DNA from: an uncultured virus (IMG/VR IMGVR_UViG_3300035208_001903) | Lineage: Duplodnaviria; Heunggongvirae; Uroviricota; Caudoviricetes | IMG/VR virus record: IMGVR_UViG_3300035208_001903 | Direction: 5' to 3' (one strand) | Length of the DNA: 60,903 nucleotides | Part shown: positions 18,005 through 28,119 of the stretch, piece by piece | Layout: every line of letters begins with the position of its first letter | Position numbering within the stretch: the stretch's first letter is position 1 | Made by a program: the position numbers and the translations under genes | The notes under the pieces: model-generated | What the model was told of the DNA's origin: nothing | The model's database searches: none | The model's input: the letters and a program-made list of their open reading frames with translations, nothing else

Positions 18005-18826
18005 TTATGAATTTATTCTTTTATTTTTAAAGTCTTGCCACGATCCAGTACTTTCAAATATTTCAGATTTATATTTACCAACTTTATTATCATCAAATTT
18101 AACTTCTACAACATCATCAGTAACTTTAATAACTTTACCAGACTTACCTTGTTTATTAATTGGATCCGTTGTAAGATCTTTAGGTATTGTAACGGTTTTA
18201 CCAACTTCAACAGATTCGGTCTTTAGCTCATAAGATTTATCGCCTTTATCTAATTTATCAGTTTTAGAAGTTCCTTTTGTAAAATCTTTAGTTGTTTTAA
18301 GATCTTTAGGTTCTTCAAATGTTTTTTCAAATTCAATACTTTTAGTATCTGCTTTTTCTTCTGATGGTGTTACTTCAACATCCGCCATTTTATTCCATGA
18401 TACTTTACCTATTGGATTACCTTCAATAACATTACCTTGTTCGTCTTTCTTATCAGCAGTATCATCAGTAACATTATATTTTTTAACAGCCTTTTTAATA
18501 CCTTCAATAACAGCTTTCATAGATTCAATAGTAGAACCGTGCGTAAAGAATGAATAAGGTCCTGTTTCTTCTACCCATGTCTTAACTGCTTCTACCATAG
18601 CTTTAATAACGTTCTTATCATTATCACCGTTACTTAATCTATGACTTTGTGTGTTTTCAAATTCTAAGTACCATATAGTATCATCATTAACATCGCCACC
18701 AACAGAAGTAGCTATAAACGCATAATCAACTCCATTCACATTAAAATGCATTTCATACTTGCCTTTTAACTCATCCCAAATCTGTTGAGCTTGAAGTTTT
18801 TCTTTTAATACATTCAGAAAAGACAT
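18005..18826 (-). CDS. Putative internal head protein
   Basis: Leader MSFLNVLKE; small SH3/KOW-like C-terminal module; ends SWQDFKNKRINS. Confidence 0.55.
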   Translation of the reverse strand: MSFLNVLKEKLQAQQIWDELKGKYEMHFNVNGVDYAFIATSVGGDVNDDTIWYLEFENTQSHRLSNGDNDKNVIKAMVEAVKTWVEETGPYSFFTHGSTIESMKAVIEGIKKAVKKYNVTDDTADKKDEQGNVIEGNPIGKVSWNKMADVEVTPSEEKADTKSIEFEKTFEEPKDLKTTKDFTKGTSKTDKLDKGDKSYELKTESVEVGKTVTIPKDLTTDPINKQGKSGKVIKVTDDVVEVKFDDNKVGKYKSEIFESTGSWQDFKNKRINS

Positions 18827-18838
18827 GGTTGTATCTCC

Positions 18839-19174
18839 TTACTTTGTTTTCTTATAAAGTTTATCTGACAAATCCTGTAATGCACCAATAGCCTTACGAA
18901 TTGATATTTCCGCTCTAAACGCAGGATCGTCTTCACTTTGTATATCAACTCTAGAATCTATATCTTGCACAATGTTCTGTAAAGATTCTATATGTTTTAA
19001 TAAATCGCCAACTTCACCAACATTAGCCTCTTCTTCATGTTTATCAGCTGGTTCTTCTTCAGGAACTTCAATATCTTCAGCTGGCTCTTCAGGTACATCA
19101 AGAATTTCATCAGTATCAACTTCATCATCTTTTGGTGCTTCAATTAATAAACCCAGTTCTGTTAAAATACTCAT
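18839..19174 (-). CDS. Acidic hypothetical protein
   Basis: LLIE near N-terminus; D/E-rich; GGAG RBS. Confidence 0.65.
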   Translation of the reverse strand: MSILTELGLLIEAPKDDEVDTDEILDVPEEPAEDIEVPEEEPADKHEEEANVGEVGDLLKHIESLQNIVQDIDSRVDIQSEDDPAFRAEISIRKAIGALQDLSDKLYKKTK

Positions 19175-19190
19175 ATTATATTAATCTCCT

Positions 19191-19436
19191 TTATTGAATG
19201 TCTATATCACCAACAAATCCACATTTAGGACACGAACTTACATCTAATCCTATTTTTGTCTTACCTTTTTCTGACGGAACTTCAATAGCATTAGATTGCT
19301 TAACTAAATCTAATTTACAATGTGGGCATCTCATATGAGCCACATCAAACTTTTCCATTAACTCTTCATCAGTCTCCAATAAATAATTAGCCTTACTTTT
19401 ATAAGCTTCAACTAATGAATTTACACTTTTTTTCAT
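19191..19436 (-). CDS. Small Zn-ribbon protein
   Basis: CPHC...CPKC; AAGGAG RBS. Confidence 0.65.
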   Translation of the reverse strand: MKKSVNSLVEAYKSKANYLLETDEELMEKFDVAHMRCPHCKLDLVKQSNAIEVPSEKGKTKIGLDVSSCPKCGFVGDIDIQ

Positions 19437-19458
19437 TTTAAAACTCCTTTAACTGTAT

Positions 19459-19944
19459 TTATCCTTTAAAAATATAACAATCAATATATTTATGATATGA
19501 CTCACCATAATAATCCTTACCCTGTAATATTGAAACTAAATAAGGATTACTTTCTTTTTTACGTTCTAACTGATTCATAACATCAGGATCATCAACGTTA
19601 TAACCTAATAATGCACCAGACCAAACGGATATCTCAACATTCTCAGCTGACTTCATATTTTTATTCATGTAAATATATATTGGTATAACTTTCTTATTAA
19701 CCAAATCTAACTTTTTAATCATTTCTCTATGATCTGATTTATATTCATTCCAAGCTATTACATTTCCATCTTCTAATATAAAAGCTCTAAGTGTTCGACT
19801 CGGTGGATTATTATAACTAAACTCATTATCAGTATCTTCACCAGCCAATGATATTTCCTTAATTTCATCTATAGTAGGATTCAAAAAGACTTCCATAGCT
19901 CCAGTTATTACTTCCATTGTAGAATAATACTTTTCGTTTATCAT
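19459..19944 (-). CDS. Hypothetical protein (NPT-domain family)
   Basis: EVFLNPT..E...LRAFILEDGNVIAW...DH shared with 27040..27471 and 28621..29481. Confidence 0.65.
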   Translation of the reverse strand: MINEKYYSTMEVITGAMEVFLNPTIDEIKEISLAGEDTDNEFSYNNPPSRTLRAFILEDGNVIAWNEYKSDHREMIKKLDLVNKKVIPIYIYMNKNMKSAENVEISVWSGALLGYNVDDPDVMNQLERKKESNPYLVSILQGKDYYGESYHKYIDCYIFKG

Positions 19945-21386
19945 ATGCTTTTAATATAATCCTCTATTGCCTTAGTATCATTCATATCAATACCAGAATC
20001 TATAATCCAATCCACTGTAGTATTTATAATTCTTCCAACTTCAGGACCTGGCTTTGTTATACCCTTTAAACCCATAACCCAATTGCCATTAACTACCTTT
20101 TTTACGGCATCTTTAGCCTTTTTATCCTTGAATTTAATAGCTATGTCGTTTATCTTGGATAATATCTTTTGCCATTCTACATCATCAAACAGTTTACCTC
20201 TTGCTCTAGCATCAGCTTCTGCTACCTTAATCAATATATCAAAAGCATCATTGTTCATTAATTCTGCTATCTTACTATTTGACATTGCTAATATTTCGTG
20301 CGCTTTCATATGATTAATAGCTGCAAATTGTATTTTACGGCGAGTTTCATTATCAAACTTAAGTCTATCTGCTATTTGATCTATTAGTTTATCTGCTTCT
20401 TGTGCGTGTCTTAAATAATGTATGAAGCCTTGATCATCAATAGATTGAGTATTTATTTTGCCTACGTCGTGCATTAAAACTGATAAATTCAAAATACTAT
20501 CTTTTAATGGTTGTGATCTTAATGCTTGAATAACATGCCCAAATACTGTATGTTTACCTTCATCGTCTGTTTCTGGATGAAATTCTTTGTTATGTTCTAA
20601 TTCATGCATTTTAAATATTTCAGGTAATATATATTGTAACAAACCTACTTTATCCATTGTTATAATAGCTTCAGCAAATGCAGGTCCACTTTGTTCGGCC
20701 ATCTTCATTAATTCTTTTGTAATACGTTCTGGAGCTACCTTAGTTATTTCAGGTGCATTTTGTTTCATTGCTTCAATAGTTTCAGGACTAATAGTAAATC
20801 CTAATCTAGAAGAAAATCGAACGGCTCTTAGACTTCTGATCTGGTCCTCTTTAAATCTAAGATTTGGATCTCCAACAGTAGATATTACTTTATTTTTTAT
20901 ATCTTTTAACCCACCCCAATTATCTATTATATTACCATCCTTATCAATTCCAAGTTGGTTGATCTTAAAGTCTCTTCTACTAGTATCGTCTTTAAATGAA
21001 GTAGTTAGTTCAACAGTATCAGCGCCTTTACCTTTACTTAAATCATTAAATTGATCTTTTCTATATGTAGCAATTTCATAATTTTCACCTTTATATGGTA
21101 CAACGGAGACACCCATCTTTTTATTTTGACCTATATCTATAACTTTACCAAATATTTTTTCAATTTGATCAGGTATTGCGTCAGTTGTAATATCTACGTC
21201 GTTTGGTTCATTACCTAATACTAAGTCTCTAACAACTCCTCCAACCATTAGTGCTTCAAATCCTGCTTTGTTTATTTTATCCATTAATTCAATAGCGTTT
21301 TGGATATTAGGATATTTTTGTTTTATTTCATCCCAATTATCTAGTACGTTTTCTTTAAAGTAATATTTTGAAAATGATTTTTTCAT
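19941..21386 (-). CDS. cca: CCA tRNA nucleotidyltransferase (class II) with HD domain
   Basis: VGGVVRD, DVDITT, EIATYR, RRDFKIN, RF.ED..R.LRA.RF, ER...EL, LMHDVGK. Confidence 0.92.
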   Translation of the reverse strand: MKKSFSKYYFKENVLDNWDEIKQKYPNIQNAIELMDKINKAGFEALMVGGVVRDLVLGNEPNDVDITTDAIPDQIEKIFGKVIDIGQNKKMGVSVVPYKGENYEIATYRKDQFNDLSKGKGADTVELTTSFKDDTSRRDFKINQLGIDKDGNIIDNWGGLKDIKNKVISTVGDPNLRFKEDQIRSLRAVRFSSRLGFTISPETIEAMKQNAPEITKVAPERITKELMKMAEQSGPAFAEAIITMDKVGLLQYILPEIFKMHELEHNKEFHPETDDEGKHTVFGHVIQALRSQPLKDSILNLSVLMHDVGKINTQSIDDQGFIHYLRHAQEADKLIDQIADRLKFDNETRRKIQFAAINHMKAHEILAMSNSKIAELMNNDAFDILIKVAEADARARGKLFDDVEWQKILSKINDIAIKFKDKKAKDAVKKVVNGNWVMGLKGITKPGPEVGRIINTTVDWIIDSGIDMNDTKAIEDYIKSI

Positions 21387-21389
21387 AAT

Positions 21390-23075
21390 TCAATCACTTA
21401 TCTCAATTAAAGGATATTCTTTATGAACTGCGCGTTTCACAGCATTCTTTAAACTTTCTAAAGTTCCATTATACCATTTAGGTTTACTTGTATATTGTGC
21501 TACTCTAGCTAATGCGTTTCTGGCTTGATTAGCATTACCTAAAGGAAAGTGATCTTTATTATCGTTTACTTTAGAATGAGTTGAATCAAATACAGGATTA
21601 GGTCTGGTTCTTACTTTAGCTTTAGAGCTTCCTTTTTTAGTTTCATTTATTGTTAATCTTAGATAATCTTTAAATGATATACCTTGTAGATCTAATTCGG
21701 GATGACCTTCTTTACCGTATTCTACCTTTTCAACTTTATCTATTAAATCTTTTAATTGTTTTTCTATTTCTTTAGATAAAAATGTTTTATAAGGACCAGA
21801 ATTAATTATATCATTTAAATCATCCATAAAACTAACAAAAGCTTCATGATCGGTATTATATTTTCTAGTTAGCCATTGTTCTATAATGCTTAATGTTTCT
21901 TTATCTAAACCTTCATTATCTTCAAAATTTATATCTAAACTATCAATCATTTTGTCTAATTCCATATCTGATAAATACTTCCATTGAAACTCATGAATAT
22001 TTTCAGGATCAAAACTATCTATTGAATAATGTTCTCTATTTTTTTCTAAATCATACGATAAATCATTTAAACTATCTAAATAACTTACCAATATTAGTTT
22101 ATTTTCTTTAGCTGAAGAATCTATTCCATATTTACTTTCTAATAAATCTAATACTTTTTCAAAATAATAATCCCATTCATCTGTTATATTTGTAATTGCC
22201 TCGTGCATATCTGTTACATTACCTTCGTCTTCATACATTTCTTCATATGCTGAAAATTGTGTTTTAATTGTGTCAAGTGCATCTTTTTCTTCTTCATCTG
22301 TTAAATCGTCTATATCTAAGCCGTTTAATATGCCACGAGCTATTGAATCTCTTTGTTCTTCTGTTAATTTTCCTTGGTTAGGAAATTCTTTAGTTTCTAA
22401 CCATTCTATAAAATCACTATAATCTGAAAATATTTGAAAAGGATCTATATTTTTATTTTGACTGTTTCTATATTCATAATGCTTTTTTTCAGTATCAACA
22501 AATAACTGATATTTTTTATTATCGTGTTTATCCTTAATAATATATAAAGTACCATCTCTATCATATGAATCAAACATACATGATTTATCGTCTTGTCTGG
22601 CAGTACACCAATCAGATCCTGCACCAAAGTATTGAGATGCAAACATTGTTTTAGGTATTATTACAATTACATCATCGTCTTGATAAGCTATTTCTGCTTC
22701 ACTTTCAGCTTTTTTTCTTCTTTCTTTATCTTTATCTGTTTGTGAAACTAAAGCGCCTTTTTGAATTAAAGTATCAATAGCTCCAACAACATCGTCATAT
22801 TTTAGTTTATTAATATCACGTTGATTGATTTCTAGTTTGCTTTTAAACTTTTCATATTTAGATAGTAAGTCTTTTATTTCTTCTGGTTTTTTATCAAACA
22901 ATTGGTTTTTAATAATCCAATCTACATATTTACCAACTTTTTCTTGACCTTTAGAAGTAGGATCCAATTCAACTGCTAAATTAAACTGATTACGATCTAG
23001 CTTATTTTTATATTGAAGATCATATTTTTGATCTGCAGTTACTTCATTCAGTTCATAAAAATCTAAAAAAGACAT
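21390..23075 (-). CDS. Putative internal head protein (G-x-x-W-C family) with C-terminal extra domain
   Basis: Leader MSFLDFYELNE; YFGAGSDWCTA; C-terminal FPL...ARNALARVAQ module after SFKDYLRLTINE. Confidence 0.65.
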   Translation of the reverse strand: MSFLDFYELNEVTADQKYDLQYKNKLDRNQFNLAVELDPTSKGQEKVGKYVDWIIKNQLFDKKPEEIKDLLSKYEKFKSKLEINQRDINKLKYDDVVGAIDTLIQKGALVSQTDKDKERRKKAESEAEIAYQDDDVIVIIPKTMFASQYFGAGSDWCTARQDDKSCMFDSYDRDGTLYIIKDKHDNKKYQLFVDTEKKHYEYRNSQNKNIDPFQIFSDYSDFIEWLETKEFPNQGKLTEEQRDSIARGILNGLDIDDLTDEEEKDALDTIKTQFSAYEEMYEDEGNVTDMHEAITNITDEWDYYFEKVLDLLESKYGIDSSAKENKLILVSYLDSLNDLSYDLEKNREHYSIDSFDPENIHEFQWKYLSDMELDKMIDSLDINFEDNEGLDKETLSIIEQWLTRKYNTDHEAFVSFMDDLNDIINSGPYKTFLSKEIEKQLKDLIDKVEKVEYGKEGHPELDLQGISFKDYLRLTINETKKGSSKAKVRTRPNPVFDSTHSKVNDNKDHFPLGNANQARNALARVAQYTSKPKWYNGTLESLKNAVKRAVHKEYPLIEISD

Positions 23076-23083
23076 GTTATCTC

Positions 23084-24424
23084 CTATATTCTTAAATAGT
23101 CTTTAAATGATATACCTTGTAAATCAAGTTTAGGATGGTCTTGTTTACCATATTCGACCTTTTCGACTTTATCATATAATTGTTTTAATTGATTTAAAAC
23201 TGTATCAGAAACTTTACCACCATGATTAGGATCTTCTAAAGCATATTCTTTTATATCGTCAAAAAATGATATAAATTCATTATGTTTGTTTTTATATTTT
23301 AGAGTTAACCACAATTCAATATTCTTTACAATACCATCATCTAATCCGTCTTTATCATGTAAATTTATCTTTAAACGATCTAATAATTGCTCAACAGAAA
23401 GATTGTCTATAAATTCCCAATTAAATCTATCACTATAGATATCATCAAAAGGTTCATTTTCATTTTTAACATCATATTGTAAATCGCCATAAAAAACATA
23501 TGGAAATAATATAACTTTATTTTTTGCCGATTCTGAATCAATACCATATTGATTTTCTAACATTTCTAATGATGCATCAACATCATAAAATAATCTATCT
23601 AAATCGTCTCTTGCATAATCATATAAAGAAACATTTTCTAACTCTGATGCTAATTCTATATTATAATGATCATTTAATGTTTGTAATATATCTTTTTTAG
23701 CTGTATCATAATATGGATCTTTTGTTTTAATGCCTAAAGCTTCTAGCCATCTTTCAGTTAAATCTTCATATTCTGATTCTGTTATTTGAGTTCTTTCTAA
23801 ATATTCACCGCGATCTAATGGTTGTAAATATTGTAATACTTCTTCAACATCTGATTCAGCATCTTCTTCTAACCAATTTTCAAAAGAAGTTCTAGAAAGT
23901 GTTTGATCGTTAGCATTAAAAATTTCAAAATTGTCATTAATATCAACTGCAACTGCTACTTTTTCGTCGTCTTTACTTGCTTTTGTATGTTTTTTAGGTA
24001 TAATAAAGTACATCTTTATACCTTTTTGATAGTATTGATTCCAATAAGAAGGACTAGTCATTGTTATACACCATTGAGTACCAGAGCCATACTTACAAGA
24101 TGATTCATGAGTTTTAGGGCTAACTATAAGTATTTTATCGTCTTCGTATACATATTCAGTATCTTTATCTTTAATTCGTTGTGATTTTTCTTTACGTGAG
24201 ACTTTACCGCTTGCATCTGTTATATGTTGTTGTAGTTCGTCAAAAGACAATGAGAATATATCAATGCCTTTTTTAATCTTATTTTTTTTAGTTAGATCAT
24301 TAAAAGTTTTAACTGCTTGTTCTGCGTCTGTTTGTTCAATACCGGATTTAACAAACTTAGTAATAGCTTTATTTAAAGCTACTTGAGTTAGTTCATTTAA
24401 AACATAGTATTCGCTGAATTTCAT
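23084..24424 (-). CDS. Putative internal head protein (G-x-x-W-C family)
   Basis: Leader MKFSEYYVLNE; YGSGTQWCIT; C-terminal half homologous to 21390..23075. Confidence 0.65.
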   Translation of the reverse strand: MKFSEYYVLNELTQVALNKAITKFVKSGIEQTDAEQAVKTFNDLTKKNKIKKGIDIFSLSFDELQQHITDASGKVSRKEKSQRIKDKDTEYVYEDDKILIVSPKTHESSCKYGSGTQWCITMTSPSYWNQYYQKGIKMYFIIPKKHTKASKDDEKVAVAVDINDNFEIFNANDQTLSRTSFENWLEEDAESDVEEVLQYLQPLDRGEYLERTQITESEYEDLTERWLEALGIKTKDPYYDTAKKDILQTLNDHYNIELASELENVSLYDYARDDLDRLFYDVDASLEMLENQYGIDSESAKNKVILFPYVFYGDLQYDVKNENEPFDDIYSDRFNWEFIDNLSVEQLLDRLKINLHDKDGLDDGIVKNIELWLTLKYKNKHNEFISFFDDIKEYALEDPNHGGKVSDTVLNQLKQLYDKVEKVEYGKQDHPKLDLQGISFKDYLRI

Positions 24425-24434
24425 AAGTTATCTC

Positions 24435-25322
24435 TTATAAAGTATTAATTTTTTTGGGATCTACACCATCACCATATATAAAAACAATTTTCATATCTTT
24501 TTCTTTTTTGGCTAATTCATCTAAATATGTTTGCATTTCGTTCTTTTTATATATTTTTGATTTTAAATTAGCATGATTATTTAATGAATTTTTAATGATA
24601 ATAATATTTTGAGTAAAAGATAAACTGTTTTTTGTGGTTACATACAAATCCATTTTATTTAAATTTTTAAATATTAAATGTTTAATATCTAATAATCCTT
24701 TTAAAGATACAATAACGTATTTTATTTTATTATCCTTGCTATTTATTTCTAAAACATAATATTCATCTTTCTTTAAAAAAGGTCTGATTTTTTCAGGAAT
24801 AACATAATTATTTAATTCTATATCCTCGGCATTATATACAATAACATCAGGTCTTCCAACTGAAAATGCTATTTTATATAAAGGATCATTTTCATTTTTA
24901 GTTTTATCTATTAAAAAATAAAAACTATATATATTTTTATATTCATCAAACATATTATTTTCTTTAGCAGATATACACCACTTAGTTCCTTTTCCATATA
25001 AACAAGCTGCTTCTTTAGTTAATATTTTATATAATATATATTGTGAATCTTCGTATACTTTATCTGCTCCTGATGATTTAACTTCTTTCTTTTTAACCGT
25101 TTTAGATTCTTGAGAATTAGTAATAAAGTCTTTTAATTCTTGAAATCTTATTTTAAACAGATCAATACCTTTAGTTAAATGTTTCTTTTCTAATTCATTA
25201 AATTTATTAACTATAGTTTCAACTTCATTATTATCTTCACCTTGTTGAATAAATTTTTCCTTAGCTTTATTTAAAGCTATTTCAGAAACTTCACTCATCA
25301 TATAGTATTCACTGAATTTCAT
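24435..25322 (-). CDS. Putative internal head protein (G-x-x-W-C family)
   Basis: Leader MKFSEYYMMSE; YGKGTKWCIS. Confidence 0.65.
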   Translation of the reverse strand: MKFSEYYMMSEVSEIALNKAKEKFIQQGEDNNEVETIVNKFNELEKKHLTKGIDLFKIRFQELKDFITNSQESKTVKKKEVKSSGADKVYEDSQYILYKILTKEAACLYGKGTKWCISAKENNMFDEYKNIYSFYFLIDKTKNENDPLYKIAFSVGRPDVIVYNAEDIELNNYVIPEKIRPFLKKDEYYVLEINSKDNKIKYVIVSLKGLLDIKHLIFKNLNKMDLYVTTKNSLSFTQNIIIIKNSLNNHANLKSKIYKKNEMQTYLDELAKKEKDMKIVFIYGDGVDPKKINTL

Positions 25323-25331
25323 ATATAACCT

Positions 25332-26036
25332 TTAATACGTTATTGGATAATTACTAAACATATAATCATTATAATTCTTAGAATATAATTTAGGATCTGC
25401 ATACGTTTTATCTTTAAATATAGTTCTTATTTTATCAATATTAGTATTAAGAGCATTTTTTCCATTACTAGTTATAGATCCGTTAACTTTCATAAACCCT
25501 TTTGAAACTAATGAACTAACTATATTATCATATTCCTTAAATCTAGGTCTAGCAAATGACATAAGACTTCTGGCCCAATACAATGTTAATAATTCTGTAT
25601 CTGTTATATCGTTATCAGTTTTATCAGGTAAAAATTTAGTAGCATCCTCTGAAGTATATATTTTTAATCTTTGTGGATATATACCAGCAACAGCAAAGAT
25701 ATATCCTGTTGGTATTTTAGTAGTACCTTTAATTTCTTTACCAGTAATATTACCATCACCTTCCATTCCACTTCTTGTAAATTCAAATTCCGTTTTAATA
25801 GCTTTACCATTCATTAATTTAAACATAGCATAATATTCTCTATCAGCTTCGTGCCAAGGCATTTTAGCTTCTATTTCACCTGATTGTATAACAGAAATAT
25901 TTGAATTAATCTTTTTACCTAATATTTCATCAGCCCATATTAATATTTCAGATGGCACTTCCTTACGACTAATATGAAACGAAACATCAGATTCTTTCAA
26001 ATATAACATATTTTTTAATAAATTATTGATTGACAT
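25332..26036 (-). CDS. Hypothetical protein
   Basis: 234 aa; LYLKE near N-terminus. Confidence 0.6.
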   Translation of the reverse strand: MSINNLLKNMLYLKESDVSFHISRKEVPSEILIWADEILGKKINSNISVIQSGEIEAKMPWHEADREYYAMFKLMNGKAIKTEFEFTRSGMEGDGNITGKEIKGTTKIPTGYIFAVAGIYPQRLKIYTSEDATKFLPDKTDNDITDTELLTLYWARSLMSFARPRFKEYDNIVSSLVSKGFMKVNGSITSNGKNALNTNIDKIRTIFKDKTYADPKLYSKNYNDYMFSNYPITY

Positions 26037-26469
26037 ATTTATCCTTATTATCTAATTTGTTAAAAAATTTATAACCTAATTCTGTAAAGTCATTACTAGC
26101 TTTAAGATTTTTCATATGTTCTTTAGCTATATTAACTAATTTAGTTCCAATACCTTGTTTTCTATATTCATCTTTAACATATATATTTGATAATACATTA
26201 GTTCCATCAGACATAATAACACCTTGAACAGCTCCTACTATCTTACCATTATCTCTATATAAAAATCTCCACCCATCATATTCTGAACTAGTCTGATCAA
26301 TATTCCCTAAAGTCTTAACTAACTTTTCTTTACCTATTAAAACTCTAATATCTTCTGAATCTATTTCATCAACTAAATGTTCTAACTGACCACTTTCATC
26401 TTTAGTAATAAAAGGTTTCTTATTACCATATATTTCTATCTCTTTAAAATAATAATCATTGAACTTCAT
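26023..26469 (-). CDS. GNAT acetyltransferase
   Basis: Motif A IYVKDEYRKQGIGTKL, TELGYKFF; leader MKFNDYYFKE. Confidence 0.85.
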   Translation of the reverse strand: MKFNDYYFKEIEIYGNKKPFITKDESGQLEHLVDEIDSEDIRVLIGKEKLVKTLGNIDQTSSEYDGWRFLYRDNGKIVGAVQGVIMSDGTNVLSNIYVKDEYRKQGIGTKLVNIAKEHMKNLKASNDFTELGYKFFNKLDNKDKYVNQ

Positions 26470-27043
26470 TATCAGGATCCTCAGATAAACTAAATTCTAT
26501 CTGATCTTTATACGCTGCAAAATCAACCAAATATACATCATTGTCTGTAAAATCTATCATTTCAAACTTTTGTTCGTCATTCATATCCTTAGAAAAATCC
26601 TTCCAATCCTCATCTTCATATGAATAATACTTCTTAAAAGCATCTAAAGGAACCATATGAGCAACAGCAACTATTTGACCAGACTTCTCAATTTCAATAG
26701 CCTTAGCTGAATCATCTGTTGCTACTACCAATTTTCCATTATCAAAATTATTATATCCACCTTCTCTATTCCCAGAATAATATAAATCAAATACATGCTT
26801 ATTTGTTAATGTAGGACCGCTTCCTACAGACTGTGCTGAAACATAATGACCTGCTTTCTTCCTTTGAATTTTAACATCCGGAGGGGCATATTTCCACTGA
26901 AGATCGGCAGGTAAACTTTTTACCTTAACTTTTTTCCATTGTTTAGTAACTGGAGTTCTATGATAAACATATTTTTCACGCCAATCAGAAGTATTAGAAA
27001 CTTCTGGATCCTCTTGAAACAAATAATATTCTAAAAACTTCAT
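26456..27043 (-). CDS. Hypothetical protein with leader
   Basis: MKFLEYYLFQE. Confidence 0.6.
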   Translation of the reverse strand: MKFLEYYLFQEDPEVSNTSDWREKYVYHRTPVTKQWKKVKVKSLPADLQWKYAPPDVKIQRKKAGHYVSAQSVGSGPTLTNKHVFDLYYSGNREGGYNNFDNGKLVVATDDSAKAIEIEKSGQIVAVAHMVPLDAFKKYYSYEDEDWKDFSKDMNDEQKFEMIDFTDNDVYLVDFAAYKDQIEFSLSEDPDNEVQ

Positions 27044-27471
27044 TTTACTTCCTCATAATTATAAACTATTGTATACGGTTTAGTTACCATTTCAATTTTA
27101 TTTATTGAAGGCATAATTTCTTTAAAATATTTAACCTTAGGTTTACCATAATCATTCCAATATTTACCAGTTTCTCCGGATGATAAGTATAAAGTATCTC
27201 TATTTAAAGTATATTCCAGTCTAAGTTTCCATTCTGTTTTTAAAAATCTTTCAATATCTTCGTGTAATATATCTTCAATCCAAGCATATACGTCATTATT
27301 ATCGTCTATACCAAAACGTATACCTTTATCATATGATTCTTTAGATATAGCTTTTAATTCTGAATGAGTTGGATTTTTATATATTTCAGCATATCCTTTG
27401 AAATAATCTGTATTAAAGTTATTTCCTTTATAAAATGATTCTGTATAATAAAAATTATTAAATCTGTTCAT
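27040..27471 (-). CDS. Hypothetical protein (NPT-domain family) with leader
   Basis: MNRFNNFYYTE; EIYKNPT..E...IRFGIDDNNDVYAW...LH. Confidence 0.65.
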   Translation of the reverse strand: MNRFNNFYYTESFYKGNNFNTDYFKGYAEIYKNPTHSELKAISKESYDKGIRFGIDDNNDVYAWIEDILHEDIERFLKTEWKLRLEYTLNRDTLYLSSGETGKYWNDYGKPKVKYFKEIMPSINKIEMVTKPYTIVYNYEEVK

Positions 27472-27734
27472 GATATTTTAAATTTTAATCTCATTTTATT
27501 TAAGTTTTGTTCTGCTTCAGTTTCATCTTTAGCAAAAAAAGTACTACGAGTTTTCTTATCAGTAAAAACAAAAGCACCAGTAAATGTTTCAAATGCTTCT
27601 TGCCAACCATGAAATTTTAAGTTTAACTTATTAGCTATTTCTTGACCTTTCAACAAAAGTGATTTCAGATCACTATCTAAATCACTATCATTTTCAGTAA
27701 TAAGCTTAGAAAAATAAAATAACTTAAAATCCAT
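27468..27734 (-). CDS. Hypothetical protein with leader
   Basis: MDFKLFYFSKLITE. Confidence 0.6.
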   Translation of the reverse strand: MDFKLFYFSKLITENDSDLDSDLKSLLLKGQEIANKLNLKFHGWQEAFETFTGAFVFTDKKTRSTFFAKDETEAEQNLNKMRLKFKIS

Positions 27735-28119
27735 ATTTACTCTTATTTTGTAAAATTATTTGTTTAGCTTTTTCAATATCTTTTTCTAAAATTCCTTCCG
27801 TTGAAAATATAAATTTAGCTTCTTCTTTAGTAATTTTTATTAACTTAATTTTTTTAATATCGTTCAAAAACATACAACTTAATTTAATTTCTTCTTCATT
27901 TTTTATTCCATCAACATCCATATAATTATTATTACTAACTTTTACAACAACATGACAATCTTCATACACATTTTCTTTTATATTATTATCCCAATAAAAA
28001 CCTCTTACAACATATAATGGTTTATTTAAAAGTTCTGATAAAGCAATAGCAAAAACTTCACAATTACCTAACTTATAAGAACAAGAATCCTCAATAAAAT
28101 AATATGAATTAAAATCCAT
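27724..28119 (-). CDS. Putative Cys-His-Asp (papain/transglutaminase-like) enzyme with leader
   Basis: GNCEVFAIAL...HVVV...YMDVDG. Confidence 0.5.
   Translation of the reverse strand: MDFNSYYFIEDSCSYKLGNCEVFAIALSELLNKPLYVVRGFYWDNNIKENVYEDCHVVVKVSNNNYMDVDGIKNEEEIKLSCMFLNDIKKIKLIKITKEEAKFIFSTEGILEKDIEKAKQIILQNKSKYGF

Noticed and set aside
20021..20028. Intragenic TATAAATA copy in the cca 3' end
   Set aside because: The 8-mer occurs by chance in such AT-rich DNA; only copies at gene boundaries were reported
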